Below, piece after piece: positions 29,290-38,772 of a DNA stretch of 64,000 nucleotides. The position numbers and the translations under genes were made by a program. Numbering within the stretch: position 1 is the first letter of the stretch; each line of letters opens with the position of its first letter. The stretch lies in NCBI GenBank assembly GCA_002788855.1, contig PFSB01000006.1:5467-69466 (forward strand), written 5' to 3'. Below the pieces are notes generated by a model. The model worked only from the letters and a program-made list of their open reading frames with translations. It was not told where the DNA came from and did no database searches. The stretch comes from Candidatus Roizmanbacteria bacterium CG_4_9_14_0_2_um_filter_38_17 (GTDB lineage: Bacteria; Patescibacteriota; Microgenomatia; GCA-00278855).

Positions 29290-31613
29290 TCTTAGCTCTA
29301 TTCCTATTTGGGGGGTTAGCTGCAATATTTTTCTATAAACTTATAGCATTAGGTCTCGTGCCTTTTCCTGGAGATCTATTAATAGCTGAGTATAATCCCT
29401 GGAGAAGGTATAGTTTCTTAGGATATGTTCCAGGATCATTTCCGACAAAGTTCCAGTACTTTGATACCCTAAAACAGCTATATCCCTGGAAGACATTTGT
29501 AGTTGACCAGTTGAAGCAAGGAGCAATTCCTCTCTGGAATCCCCATAATTTTTCTGGACAGCCACTGCTAGCTAATTTTCAATCGGCAGTTTTCTATCCT
29601 CTTAACATCTTTTACTTTATTTTTCCGCAGCTTTCTGCCTGGAGCTTGTTAGTTATGCTACAGCCCTTATTAGCTAACTGGTTTATGTATCTATATGCTA
29701 GAAAAGTAGGTTTAAAGGTTACAGGAGCAGTGTTAGCGAGTTTATCCTTTGCTTACTCTCAGTTTGCGATCGTGTGGCTTGAATACAACACTATTATTCA
29801 GGTTATGTTATGGTTGCCGCTTCTGCTTTTAGCAGTTGAGCATTTGCTGCAGAAAATGACAATCAGATGGATGTTCTTATTTGTGCTAGGTATAATATCT
29901 GCGCTTTTTGCGGGCCATATCCAGGTTTTAGGCTACGTATTGAGTTTTGTACTCATATACTCAATATATCGTGCAAAGTTACTGCATAAAATAAGAAGAT
30001 TTTGGTTTATAGCGTGGTTTATCGTCCTTTCAGTAGGCATTGGAGCAGTTCAGCTTTTGCCGGGTATTGAGTTAATAGGACTGTCTGCAAGGAGTATACT
30101 TGAATACAATTTTCTAGTAGACAAGATACTGGTTCAGCCCTATCAGCTTTTAATGCTATTTATTCCAGATATTTACGGAAACCCGGCTACAGCAAATTAT
30201 GTTATTTCTGATACATACATCGGTAAAGCCTTGTCCATAGGTTTTGTGGCAATATTGTTTGTATTAGTTTCATTTAGTCAGATTAGAAAATCTCACTTAG
30301 TAAGGCTTTATGCAGTAGTAGCGCTGGTGATAGGAATTATGCTTACTGCTAATCCTTTATCTAGAATTATTTATATGCTTCCACTACCTCTTATTTCGAG
30401 TAGCAGTCCAACTTTGATGGGTTTCATATTAGCATTTAGTTTAAGTATCTTGGCAGGTATGGGTTTAGATCACTGGCAAAAGAAACATTATAGATATGTA
30501 GTCCCAGCGATACTTATAGTAGGAGTGGCTTGGTTATTGTACTTCTCTGATGTGCTACCCATAAACAGGAGTAGTGTAATTTTGACCAGTTTGTTGTTAG
30601 TAGCAAGTTTGCCACTTCTATATATTTCAACACTAAAAGGAAAGATAGCTTATCTAGGAATATACGCACTTATATTTCTGCAATTTTCTGAGCGCTGGTA
30701 CTCATTTCGTAAATTTAATTCGTTTGTACCCAAGGAAGTGGTTTATCCGGATACAGAAATTGTAGATTTTCTTAAAGTAAATGCTGGTATAGATAGGGTT
30801 TGGGGATATGGTTCTGCAGCTATTGATGCCAATTTTGCAACACAGCTTAAGCTTTATTCACCCGAAGGATACGATCCGCTTTATCCACAAAGATATGGGG
30901 AGTTTATAGCGTTAACAAAGCAAGGAAAACTACAGCAAAAATTTGATCGCACCAACCGTACAGATGCAGTTATTGCCACAGCTTATAGTCTAGAGGATTT
31001 AAAAGAAAATGAATATCGTTTAAAAGTTCTTGATGTTCTGGGGGTTAAATATATCTTAGATAGAATAGATAACCCAAGTTATGTTAGTGAGTTTCCAAGT
31101 TACCGTCTTGAGCAGGTATATGATATTGACGGTTGGAAGATATTTGTTAACAAAATGGCGGTTCCCAGATTGCAGTTAGTCTTTGATTATCTAGTTTTTA
31201 ATTCTGCGACAGAGTTTGAGCAGCTCTTTTTTAGTGAAGACTATAGTCCACGAGAGACGGTGCTACTGGAGCAAGATCTTGATCTGGATTTTAGCTGTGA
31301 GGATAAGCAGTATAATCTAGAATTACTTGATTATCTGGCAAATGAAGTTGCGGTGCAGCTAGATACAAATTGTGAGGCAATACTTGTGTTATCAGATAAT
31401 TATTACCCAGGTTGGAATGCATACATAGATGGAGAGAAAACTAAGATTTATAGAGCAAACTATACATTTCGGGCAGTTGTTGTACCAGGTGGCAGCCATG
31501 AGATATATTTCAAGTACGAGCCGGATAGTTTTAGGTATGGTGTGATAATCAGTATAGCTAGTGTACTGATCATGGGTGTAACCATTATAATGATAAAAAG
31601 ACGTGAAAAATAA
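29271..31613 (+). CDS. YfhO-like GT-C membrane protein
   Basis: D...Q.YPW, PLWNP..FSG.PL.ANFQSA.FYP.N, GH.Q, GYDPL, SDNYYPGW. Confidence 0.82.
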   Translation: MVRKEIILALFLFGGLAAIFFYKLIALGLVPFPGDLLIAEYNPWRRYSFLGYVPGSFPTKFQYFDTLKQLYPWKTFVVDQLKQGAIPLWNPHNFSGQPLLANFQSAVFYPLNIFYFIFPQLSAWSLLVMLQPLLANWFMYLYARKVGLKVTGAVLASLSFAYSQFAIVWLEYNTIIQVMLWLPLLLLAVEHLLQKMTIRWMFLFVLGIISALFAGHIQVLGYVLSFVLIYSIYRAKLLHKIRRFWFIAWFIVLSVGIGAVQLLPGIELIGLSARSILEYNFLVDKILVQPYQLLMLFIPDIYGNPATANYVISDTYIGKALSIGFVAILFVLVSFSQIRKSHLVRLYAVVALVIGIMLTANPLSRIIYMLPLPLISSSSPTLMGFILAFSLSILAGMGLDHWQKKHYRYVVPAILIVGVAWLLYFSDVLPINRSSVILTSLLLVASLPLLYISTLKGKIAYLGIYALIFLQFSERWYSFRKFNSFVPKEVVYPDTEIVDFLKVNAGIDRVWGYGSAAIDANFATQLKLYSPEGYDPLYPQRYGEFIALTKQGKLQQKFDRTNRTDAVIATAYSLEDLKENEYRLKVLDVLGVKYILDRIDNPSYVSEFPSYRLEQVYDIDGWKIFVNKMAVPRLQLVFDYLVFNSATEFEQLFFSEDYSPRETVLLEQDLDLDFSCEDKQYNLELLDYLANEVAVQLDTNCEAILVLSDNYYPGWNAYIDGEKTKIYRANYTFRAVVVPGGSHEIYFKYEPDSFRYGVIISIASVLIMGVTIIMIKRREK
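31410..31453 (+). repeat. 44-bp tract 42/44 identical to 37874..37917 (YfhO paralogs)
   Basis: ggttggaatgcatacataga-(tgg/cga)-agagaaaactaagatttatag is present in both genes. Confidence 0.75.
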
Positions 31614-33252
31614 AGTTACACTTTTAGTATTGGGGATAATATTGTTGCTGGGGATTGGTTTGAGAGTTTATAGAGTAACCGATGTTCCACCAGGAGTAAA
31701 TCGTGACGAAGCTTCGATAGGGTACAACGCGTATTCCTTGCTTCAGACAGGTAAAGATGAATATGGAGAGTTGTTACCTTTATCATTCCAATCATTTGGT
31801 GATTGGAAGCTTCCTTTATATATCTACCTAACTATTTTGCCTGTAAAAATGTTAGGTATGAATGAGCTGTCAGTCAGATTAGTATCTATACTTGCAGGAA
31901 GTACGTCAATAATATTGACCTGCTTGTTGGTAAAAAAGTTATTTAATAGAAAAAATTTAGCTTTGCTCTCTGCCTTACTTTTGGCAATATCTCCTTGGCA
32001 TCTGCACTTGTCTAGAGTAGAGTCAGAATCTAACTTGGCTGTTATGTTAGTTACTTTGGCGGTCTATTTTTTCTTTAAGGCACTGGGAGGCCAGCGCAAA
32101 CTTCTTATCTTATCTGGGTTAGGTTTTGCTCTTACATATTATAGCTATCATGGAAACCATCTCTTTACTAGTTTATTAGTGCTTACTATTTTGGGCTTAT
32201 TTTACAAAAGCATTCCTCGTACAAAAGTGTCTGTTGTTGCAGGGCTATTGTTTTTAGGGGCGGCGGGTTTTATTTTTAGTAAAACCTTATTTTCAGCTAA
32301 TACTACCAAGCTTTCCGGAATAAGTATATTTGGTGATCCCACAGTTGTTCATAGTCAAATAGAACAACCAAGAGTGCTGAATCATGATTCATCTTCTCTT
32401 ACAGCAAAAATTGCTCACAACCGTTTAGTTTTTGCTCTTGAGCGTTTTGGACAGAATTATTTAAATTCTTTTTCTCCTAGTTTTTTGTTTATTAACGGTG
32501 GATCTAATATGGCTCATAACATTCCAAATTTCGGAAATATGTATATTATAGAAGCTCCATTTTTATTATTAGGAGTTGTTTACTTAATAGGACGAGTTGC
32601 CAAGCAAGGAAAAAATAGAAAAAGATATGGGCTGGTTCTATTATGGCTACTAATTGCTCCTATAGCAGCAAGCATAACTAAGGACGCTCCCCACACTAAT
32701 CGTATGTTTGCTGTTTTTCCTGTAATGCCAATTATTACAGCTATGGGAATACTATATTTAATGGATACATTAAATAATAACATTCAGTTACGTAAAGTAA
32801 TACTCTTAACTCTAGTGGTGGGGTACAGCTTGAATATAATGCTATATTTTGAACGCTACTATGTTCATTTTCCTCAATCTACAGGGATAGAGTGGGGATA
32901 TGCGCATCATCAACTTGTTGATCTATTAGATAATGATGAGTATATGGATAAGCAGGTTATCATGTCTCAACCGGAAGCCTCGCCATATATATTTTTAGAT
33001 TTTTACTCAGAATATGATCCAGATTTGTACCAGAAAAAGGTAAATCGGTACGAGCCTACGGATGATGCATTTGTACACGTTAAGAGTTTTGGTAGATATG
33101 AGTTTCGTGAGATAAACTGGGCGGAAGATCTTGCAAGAAAGAACACTATATTAGTGGATATTCCAGCTAACGTGCCTGATTCAGTGGATGTGACTTCTTC
33201 AGTACTTCTTCCAAATAGTAGCTTAGGATTTGAAGTTGTTGTAACAGAATGA
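31603..33252 (+). CDS. GT-C glycosyltransferase (ArnT/PMT-like, DE..GYNAYS subfamily)
   Basis: NRDEASIGYNAYSLL.TG.DEYG, SFGDWK.P, LAISPWH...SR, PH..R; GTG start. Confidence 0.84.
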   Translation: MKNKVTLLVLGIILLLGIGLRVYRVTDVPPGVNRDEASIGYNAYSLLQTGKDEYGELLPLSFQSFGDWKLPLYIYLTILPVKMLGMNELSVRLVSILAGSTSIILTCLLVKKLFNRKNLALLSALLLAISPWHLHLSRVESESNLAVMLVTLAVYFFFKALGGQRKLLILSGLGFALTYYSYHGNHLFTSLLVLTILGLFYKSIPRTKVSVVAGLLFLGAAGFIFSKTLFSANTTKLSGISIFGDPTVVHSQIEQPRVLNHDSSSLTAKIAHNRLVFALERFGQNYLNSFSPSFLFINGGSNMAHNIPNFGNMYIIEAPFLLLGVVYLIGRVAKQGKNRKRYGLVLLWLLIAPIAASITKDAPHTNRMFAVFPVMPIITAMGILYLMDTLNNNIQLRKVILLTLVVGYSLNIMLYFERYYVHFPQSTGIEWGYAHHQLVDLLDNDEYMDKQVIMSQPEASPYIFLDFYSEYDPDLYQKKVNRYEPTDDAFVHVKSFGRYEFREINWAEDLARKNTILVDIPANVPDSVDVTSSVLLPNSSLGFEVVVTE

Positions 33253-34958
33253 GAAGCAAACTTATCATTGGAGTATTTGCTATTGTGTTTTCACTGACAA
33301 TGCTTCGAAGTGGCTGGTACTTAGAAAATGGTTATAGATTAATAGGAGTGAATGCGAGTGATGGTATCTGGAATTTAGCTCTTATTTCAGAACTTATGAA
33401 TAGTTTTCCACCTGAGCACCCGGGTTTTGCTGGAGAACTGCTTAAGGGTTATCATTTCTTTTACCATATACTCTTGGCTGGAATAGCTAAGGTGACAAGT
33501 ATTCCAACAACTAGTCTCTATTTTCACATATTTCCACTTATTATTTCGTATCTCTGGGGGTATGGTGTTTATAGGGTTGTAGTTAAGCTATATAAGAATA
33601 AAAAAGCTGGATTATGGTCAGCTTTCTTTTCTTTATTTGGCGGGAGTTTTGCATTCTTATTACCATTGGTCTGGAAGCAGGATTTGAGCATAAATAGTGG
33701 TTTTGGAATATGTCAGCCTCTGGGATGTTCACTAGTAAACCCCGCCTTTGCAAGTTCTATAGTTTTGGTTATCTGGTCATATTATTTCTTGATTGAGTAC
33801 CTACGGACTAATAAAAAGAAATGGGCGATTTGGCTAATAGTAGCTACTGGTATAAGCGTTGGCTTTAAGGTTTATGCAGGCATGATATTAATGGGAGCCT
33901 TGGCTGTTGCAGCTGTCTGGAGGGCTTGGTCACAGCGCAAGTTTGATTTGCTGATAATATTTGGTTTAGCATTGCTTATGGCTATGGCGGTATTCTTCCC
34001 TTTTAATGCTAATTATGGATTTCTTCTTTTTCAACCTTTGTGGCCACCACATATCACAATGCAGGGACCGCTAGGATTTACTAGGTGGAGAGTTTTGTGG
34101 GAGTTAGCCGAATATACGCATAACTGGTGGGGGATTATTAAATTGGAGATCTGGGCGAACGGGGTATTTTTCTTGGGAAACATGGGCACTAGGCTGCTGG
34201 CAATATTTGCACTAGGAACATTTATTAAGAGAGGTATTTTAAAAGTAGATGCGATTTTTTATCTGGCAATGTTGGGTGTTTCGTATTTAATTCCAATGTT
34301 TTTTCTCCAACCAGCAGGTGGAGTATTTAATATGGTACAGATGTATTGGTATTTCTTGTTCTTAGTATCTATTTTAGTCGGTCCAGGAATAGTTAGTCTA
34401 ATGAGTAAGGTTAATAACAGATTTTATAGAATATTAATTTATTTACTAATTGTTATTATCACTTTACCTTCCAGCGTAACTGATTTGCAGATTTTACTTA
34501 CTGACAAGGGTAGAGTTATAGATAATAGCCAATTGGAAGTTCTGGAGTTTTTTCGTGAGCATGGAGAATATAACCAGACCGTGCTTCAGTTGCCAGAGCT
34601 GCGGCAGAAATATACAAAAGAAGAATTATATGGATGGTTCACATCAAGATCTAGTGCTATTATTCCTTCTCTTGGGGGAAAGAGAGTATATGCAGTAAAT
34701 GAGGGTGTAACATTTCCAGATCTTGATATAAATAAGAGGTTGGCACTAATTATGCGGTTTTTGTTACCAGAAAAAGTATGTAATAAGACAAATTGGGATA
34801 AATTAGTATGTCAGGATGCTTTAAACGATGCTTATAATATGCTACAATCGGAGGATATACACTTTATTTATTCAAAAGAGGATAGGTTTTGGCTAGACTA
34901 TTGGGATAAAATAAACGTTGTCTATAAAGGTGAGGGGGGGAGTATATATGGTATCTAA
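33249..34958 (+). CDS. Probable GT-C membrane protein, uncharacterised subfamily
   Basis: D...N.ALI.EL...FPPE.P..AG..L..YH, about 12 TM segments, soluble C-terminal domain; paralog of 55468. Confidence 0.65.
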   Translation: MRSKLIIGVFAIVFSLTMLRSGWYLENGYRLIGVNASDGIWNLALISELMNSFPPEHPGFAGELLKGYHFFYHILLAGIAKVTSIPTTSLYFHIFPLIISYLWGYGVYRVVVKLYKNKKAGLWSAFFSLFGGSFAFLLPLVWKQDLSINSGFGICQPLGCSLVNPAFASSIVLVIWSYYFLIEYLRTNKKKWAIWLIVATGISVGFKVYAGMILMGALAVAAVWRAWSQRKFDLLIIFGLALLMAMAVFFPFNANYGFLLFQPLWPPHITMQGPLGFTRWRVLWELAEYTHNWWGIIKLEIWANGVFFLGNMGTRLLAIFALGTFIKRGILKVDAIFYLAMLGVSYLIPMFFLQPAGGVFNMVQMYWYFLFLVSILVGPGIVSLMSKVNNRFYRILIYLLIVIITLPSSVTDLQILLTDKGRVIDNSQLEVLEFFREHGEYNQTVLQLPELRQKYTKEELYGWFTSRSSAIIPSLGGKRVYAVNEGVTFPDLDINKRLALIMRFLLPEKVCNKTNWDKLVCQDALNDAYNMLQSEDIHFIYSKEDRFWLDYWDKINVVYKGEGGSIYGI

Positions 34959-35610
34959 TCACGAAATTACACTAGATGATTTACAGGACATTTGGCAGCA
35001 ACCAGGGCCTGATTATTATCAGCGAGGAGTTAAGGAGAATATATTACAAAAGATTTGGCATTACGGTAAGCTGAGAGCTATTTTATCTTTGATAAATAAA
35101 TCCGATGTTAATCCTAGTGCTATATTAGACGTGGGTTGTGCTAGTGGTTGGTTTTTATCACAAATGGCTGTAAAGTATCCAAAGGCTAGTTGCACTGGAA
35201 TTGATGTATATAAAGATGGAGTTGAATATGGTAAGAAAAAATATAAAAAACTAAACCTAACTGTGAGTGATGCGCATAAGATGCCCTTTGAGAAGGATTC
35301 GTTCGATACTGTTGTTTGCGCAGAGGTGCTTGAGCACGTGGTTAACCCACGAGAGGTGCTAAAAGAAATAAGAAGAGTATTAAAAAAAGAAGGTGTAGCT
35401 GTTATTGAAATGGACACTGGTAACTTACTCTTTAAGCTAGTTTGGCACTGGTGGACTAATCTAAGACATGGAGTATGGGAGAATGCCCATATTCAAGAAT
35501 TTAATACAGAGATATTAAAGAACATGATTGAAGGTGAAGGGTTCAATATTGTGGAGCAAAAGTTTTTTAACTATACTATGGCGGTAGCATTTTTAGTTCA
35601 AAAGACATAA
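34948..35610 (+). CDS. Class I SAM-dependent methyltransferase (probable glycan methylation)
   Basis: ILDVGCASG, GID, DA..MPF...SFD.V...EVLEHV..P...L.EI.RVLK..G; start set at ATG 34948. Confidence 0.9.
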   Translation: MVSNHEITLDDLQDIWQQPGPDYYQRGVKENILQKIWHYGKLRAILSLINKSDVNPSAILDVGCASGWFLSQMAVKYPKASCTGIDVYKDGVEYGKKKYKKLNLTVSDAHKMPFEKDSFDTVVCAEVLEHVVNPREVLKEIRRVLKKEGVAVIEMDTGNLLFKLVWHWWTNLRHGVWENAHIQEFNTEILKNMIEGEGFNIVEQKFFNYTMAVAFLVQKT

Positions 35611-35611
35611 T

Positions 35612-38059
35612 TTGAAGATTAAAATACAGAGTGTCTTTGTGCTTATTTTACTGTCGGTACTATCGGTTTTCCTGTTTCGGAATTATTTCTTTAAGGGTCA
35701 GGTTCCCTTTCCATCAAATCTTTTGGTTGCATATCATTCTCCTTGGGCCGATTATGAGTGGGAGGGATATCCAAATGGACCTCCTAATAAACCGATTGGC
35801 TTTGATAACCTAAAACTTTTCTATCCGTTTCGTAAATTTACGACAGAACAGCTGGCGCAGGGCCACATTCCGCTCTGGAACCCGTATGTATTTTCTGGCA
35901 ATATACATTTAGCTACTTATCAGTCGGCCGTTTTATATCCTCTAAATGTTTTGTACTTTGTGTTACCTCAGATAGACGCTTGGTCGCTTTTGATTATTGC
36001 GCAGTCCATCATCGCAGGTATCTTTACATATCTTTTCTTAAAGAAATTATCGCTGTCATTTAAATCCAGTCTTTTTGGGGCAGTGTTATTTGCATATTCA
36101 GGTTGGATGACTGTATGGAGTCAGGAATCACTTGTAATTGAGCACACGGCGCTTTGGTTGCCGATGATCTTATATTCTATTGAAAGACTATTTAGTAAAT
36201 ACTCATATGCTAATTGGCTGCTTCTCGTGTTGGGGCTATCATTATCCATACTGGCGGGATTTCTACAGATGAGTATTTATAGTTTTACTATAGCAGGGTT
36301 GTGGATTTTGTATAGATGGAAAAATAAAGACCGTCGACAGCTAAAACAGCTATACCCATTTATCTTTGGTCTGCTGGTAGCGATTTTGCTGGTGGGTATT
36401 CATCTTGTTCCAGCTATTGAGGCATTTTTTGGTTCTCCTCGAGGACAGGTGGATGCAAAATTCTTATTTGATGATTACTTAGCGAAGCCGTGGCATCTAC
36501 TTACATTTTTAATTCCAGACTTCTGGGGTAACCCCGGAGCATACAATTATTTTGGAAAGGGTTTTTACCATGAAAGTGTGATCTATTTTGGGATACCTGG
36601 ATTTATGCTTGCCCTATATGCTTTGTTTAGTGAAAGTGTATCTTTAAAGATCAATAAGATGGCTTTTTTTAAGTGGGTAGGTATAACTGCTTTGTTGCTT
36701 GGGTTTTCACCAGTAGGATGGCTTCTATACTATTCAAGATTGCCAATATTATCTGTGATTATGCCTTCGCGTATATTTATTATTGCTGTCTTTTCTCTGT
36801 CTGTGTTGTCAGCCTATGGGATGGAAAAGTTTTTGAGCGAAAAATGGAATAAGAAAGTGTGGCTAGGAATTATCATGGTTTTTGCATCTATATTTGCTAT
36901 TTCCTGGGGGGTTATTGGATTGGCAAAAATGGCAAATATATCTGACTATGTCTATAAATGGTACTTTCCGTATTTAAAAGCTATTAATGATCCCTTTGGA
37001 AATTTTGCAACAGTTTCATATAGGAATACAATATTGTCTTCACTGCTTTTTGGTGTGACAGTTATTGGGATATTTATGGGAGGGATTAAGAAATATTCAA
37101 TAAGTAAATTATCTTATTATGTGCTAATTGTAATTTCTCTAGTATCATCTTTCTATTTTGCAAATAAGTATCTCTATTTTTCTGAGCGTAAATTTGTGTT
37201 TCCACAGGTTCCTGTTCTTACTAAGCTGCAAGAGATAGCAGGATTAAATAGAGTCTGGGGATATGGAAACGGATATATTGAGAAAAATATGCTTATGTAT
37301 TATGGTCTTTATTCACCCGAAGGTTACGATGCCTTATTTCCTCAAGAATATGGGGAATTACTATTCTCTCAGGAAGTACAAGGTTCAATCACTAAGCAAA
37401 TTCTTCGAACTGACGCTAATATTAGACAGGCATCTGAACATGAAGCAGTTCTAGGTAATCCGTATCGGACTAAGCTTCTATCTCTCTTGGGAGTTAAATA
37501 TATTCTAGAAGCAAAAGAGGGAGAAGGTAAGGACTGGAATACAACTGAAGAACGTTTCCCAGCTGAGAGTTTTAAACTAGAATGGGAGGATGACAAGTAT
37601 CGCATCTATCAAAACCTAGACTCACTACCTCGTTCATTTTTGGTTAATGACTATGTAGTACTAAAAGATAAACAAGAGATAGCAGACACGTTGTTTAGTG
37701 AAACCTTTGATCTATCCAAAACGGTAATTGTTGAAGAAGAGCTATCCTTTGACCGATCTCAAAACTGTGCTGTGGGCACATCAAAAATAACATCATATAC
37801 CCCTAATAGGGTAGAGATAGAAACAGATTCAAGGTGCCCAGCTATCCTGTTCTTATCTGATAACTACTATCCTGGTTGGAATGCATACATAGACGAAGAG
37901 AAAACTAAGATTTATAGGAGTGATTATAGTTTTAGAGCAGTAACAGTTCCTGAAGGAATACATAAAGTACAGTTTAAGTATGAGCCACTGTCGTTTAAAT
38001 TGGGTATCTTGCTAACTTCGCTTGGATTTATTTCTTTATTAGTTATAATTAGAAGGTGA
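35612..38059 (+). CDS. YfhO-like GT-C membrane protein
   Basis: D....FYP, PLWNPY.FSG, QSA.LYP.N, PDFWGNP, EGYD.L, SDNYYPGW...FRAV.VP.G.H; TTG start. Confidence 0.82.
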   Translation: MKIKIQSVFVLILLSVLSVFLFRNYFFKGQVPFPSNLLVAYHSPWADYEWEGYPNGPPNKPIGFDNLKLFYPFRKFTTEQLAQGHIPLWNPYVFSGNIHLATYQSAVLYPLNVLYFVLPQIDAWSLLIIAQSIIAGIFTYLFLKKLSLSFKSSLFGAVLFAYSGWMTVWSQESLVIEHTALWLPMILYSIERLFSKYSYANWLLLVLGLSLSILAGFLQMSIYSFTIAGLWILYRWKNKDRRQLKQLYPFIFGLLVAILLVGIHLVPAIEAFFGSPRGQVDAKFLFDDYLAKPWHLLTFLIPDFWGNPGAYNYFGKGFYHESVIYFGIPGFMLALYALFSESVSLKINKMAFFKWVGITALLLGFSPVGWLLYYSRLPILSVIMPSRIFIIAVFSLSVLSAYGMEKFLSEKWNKKVWLGIIMVFASIFAISWGVIGLAKMANISDYVYKWYFPYLKAINDPFGNFATVSYRNTILSSLLFGVTVIGIFMGGIKKYSISKLSYYVLIVISLVSSFYFANKYLYFSERKFVFPQVPVLTKLQEIAGLNRVWGYGNGYIEKNMLMYYGLYSPEGYDALFPQEYGELLFSQEVQGSITKQILRTDANIRQASEHEAVLGNPYRTKLLSLLGVKYILEAKEGEGKDWNTTEERFPAESFKLEWEDDKYRIYQNLDSLPRSFLVNDYVVLKDKQEIADTLFSETFDLSKTVIVEEELSFDRSQNCAVGTSKITSYTPNRVEIETDSRCPAILFLSDNYYPGWNAYIDEEKTKIYRSDYSFRAVTVPEGIHKVQFKYEPLSFKLGILLTSLGFISLLVIIRR

Positions 38060-38772
38060 AAGTATCTATTATTGTTCCTGTATACAATGAAGAAAAGACG
38101 ATTTGTAAGGTTCTGTCGAGATTGCAAAAGTTAGGTAAACAAGACTTTAGTTATGAGATTATTGTAGTTGACGATGGATCTACTGATACTAGTGTATTGG
38201 AAATCAAAAAATCTAAATTACAAATTCCAAAGCTTAAAGTAGTATCTCATAGAAAAAATAAGGGGAAGGGGATGGCGGTGCGAACAGGTATTAAGCATGC
38301 AACGGGTGATTATGTAGTTATTCAGGATGCTGATCTGGAATACGATCCGCAAGATATACCTAGACTAGTTAAAGTCCTAGGCGTGGCTGGGGTTGATGTT
38401 GTATATGGCACAAGGTTGGATCGCTTGCCAAACTTGCGACGTGATGAGCGTGTTCCGCTTTTTCTATTACATTTTTTTGGTAACCGATTTCTAAGTTTAG
38501 TTACCAGTATACTTTATGGTCAGTGGATAACTGATATGGAAACCTGCTATAAGTTGTTTCCACGTAAGGCTCTTACAAATATTAGGCTTGAGGCGAAGGG
38601 GTTTGAGTTTGAGCCAGAGATAACGGCAAAGTTATTAAAAAAAGGTTTTCATATTTATGAAATACCTATTAAGACAAATCCACGAGGATATGACGATGGA
38701 AAGAAGCTTGATACTATTCGTGATGGAGTTCGCGCATTGTGGACGTTGATAAAATATCGAATATATGACTAA
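38056..38772 (+). CDS. GT2 polyprenyl-phosphate glycosyltransferase (DPM/DPG-synthase-like)
   Basis: PVYNEE, VDDGSTD, GKG.A...G, IQDADLEYDP, TDMETCYK, F.FEPEIT, GKK. Confidence 0.9.
   Translation: MKVSIIVPVYNEEKTICKVLSRLQKLGKQDFSYEIIVVDDGSTDTSVLEIKKSKLQIPKLKVVSHRKNKGKGMAVRTGIKHATGDYVVIQDADLEYDPQDIPRLVKVLGVAGVDVVYGTRLDRLPNLRRDERVPLFLLHFFGNRFLSLVTSILYGQWITDMETCYKLFPRKALTNIRLEAKGFEFEPEITAKLLKKGFHIYEIPIKTNPRGYDDGKKLDTIRDGVRALWTLIKYRIYD

Noticed and set aside
34934-34940. G7 run as a phase-variation tract
   Set aside because: It lies in the last codons of the upstream gene, so slippage would change little; it is more simply an SD-like purine tract before ATG 34948.
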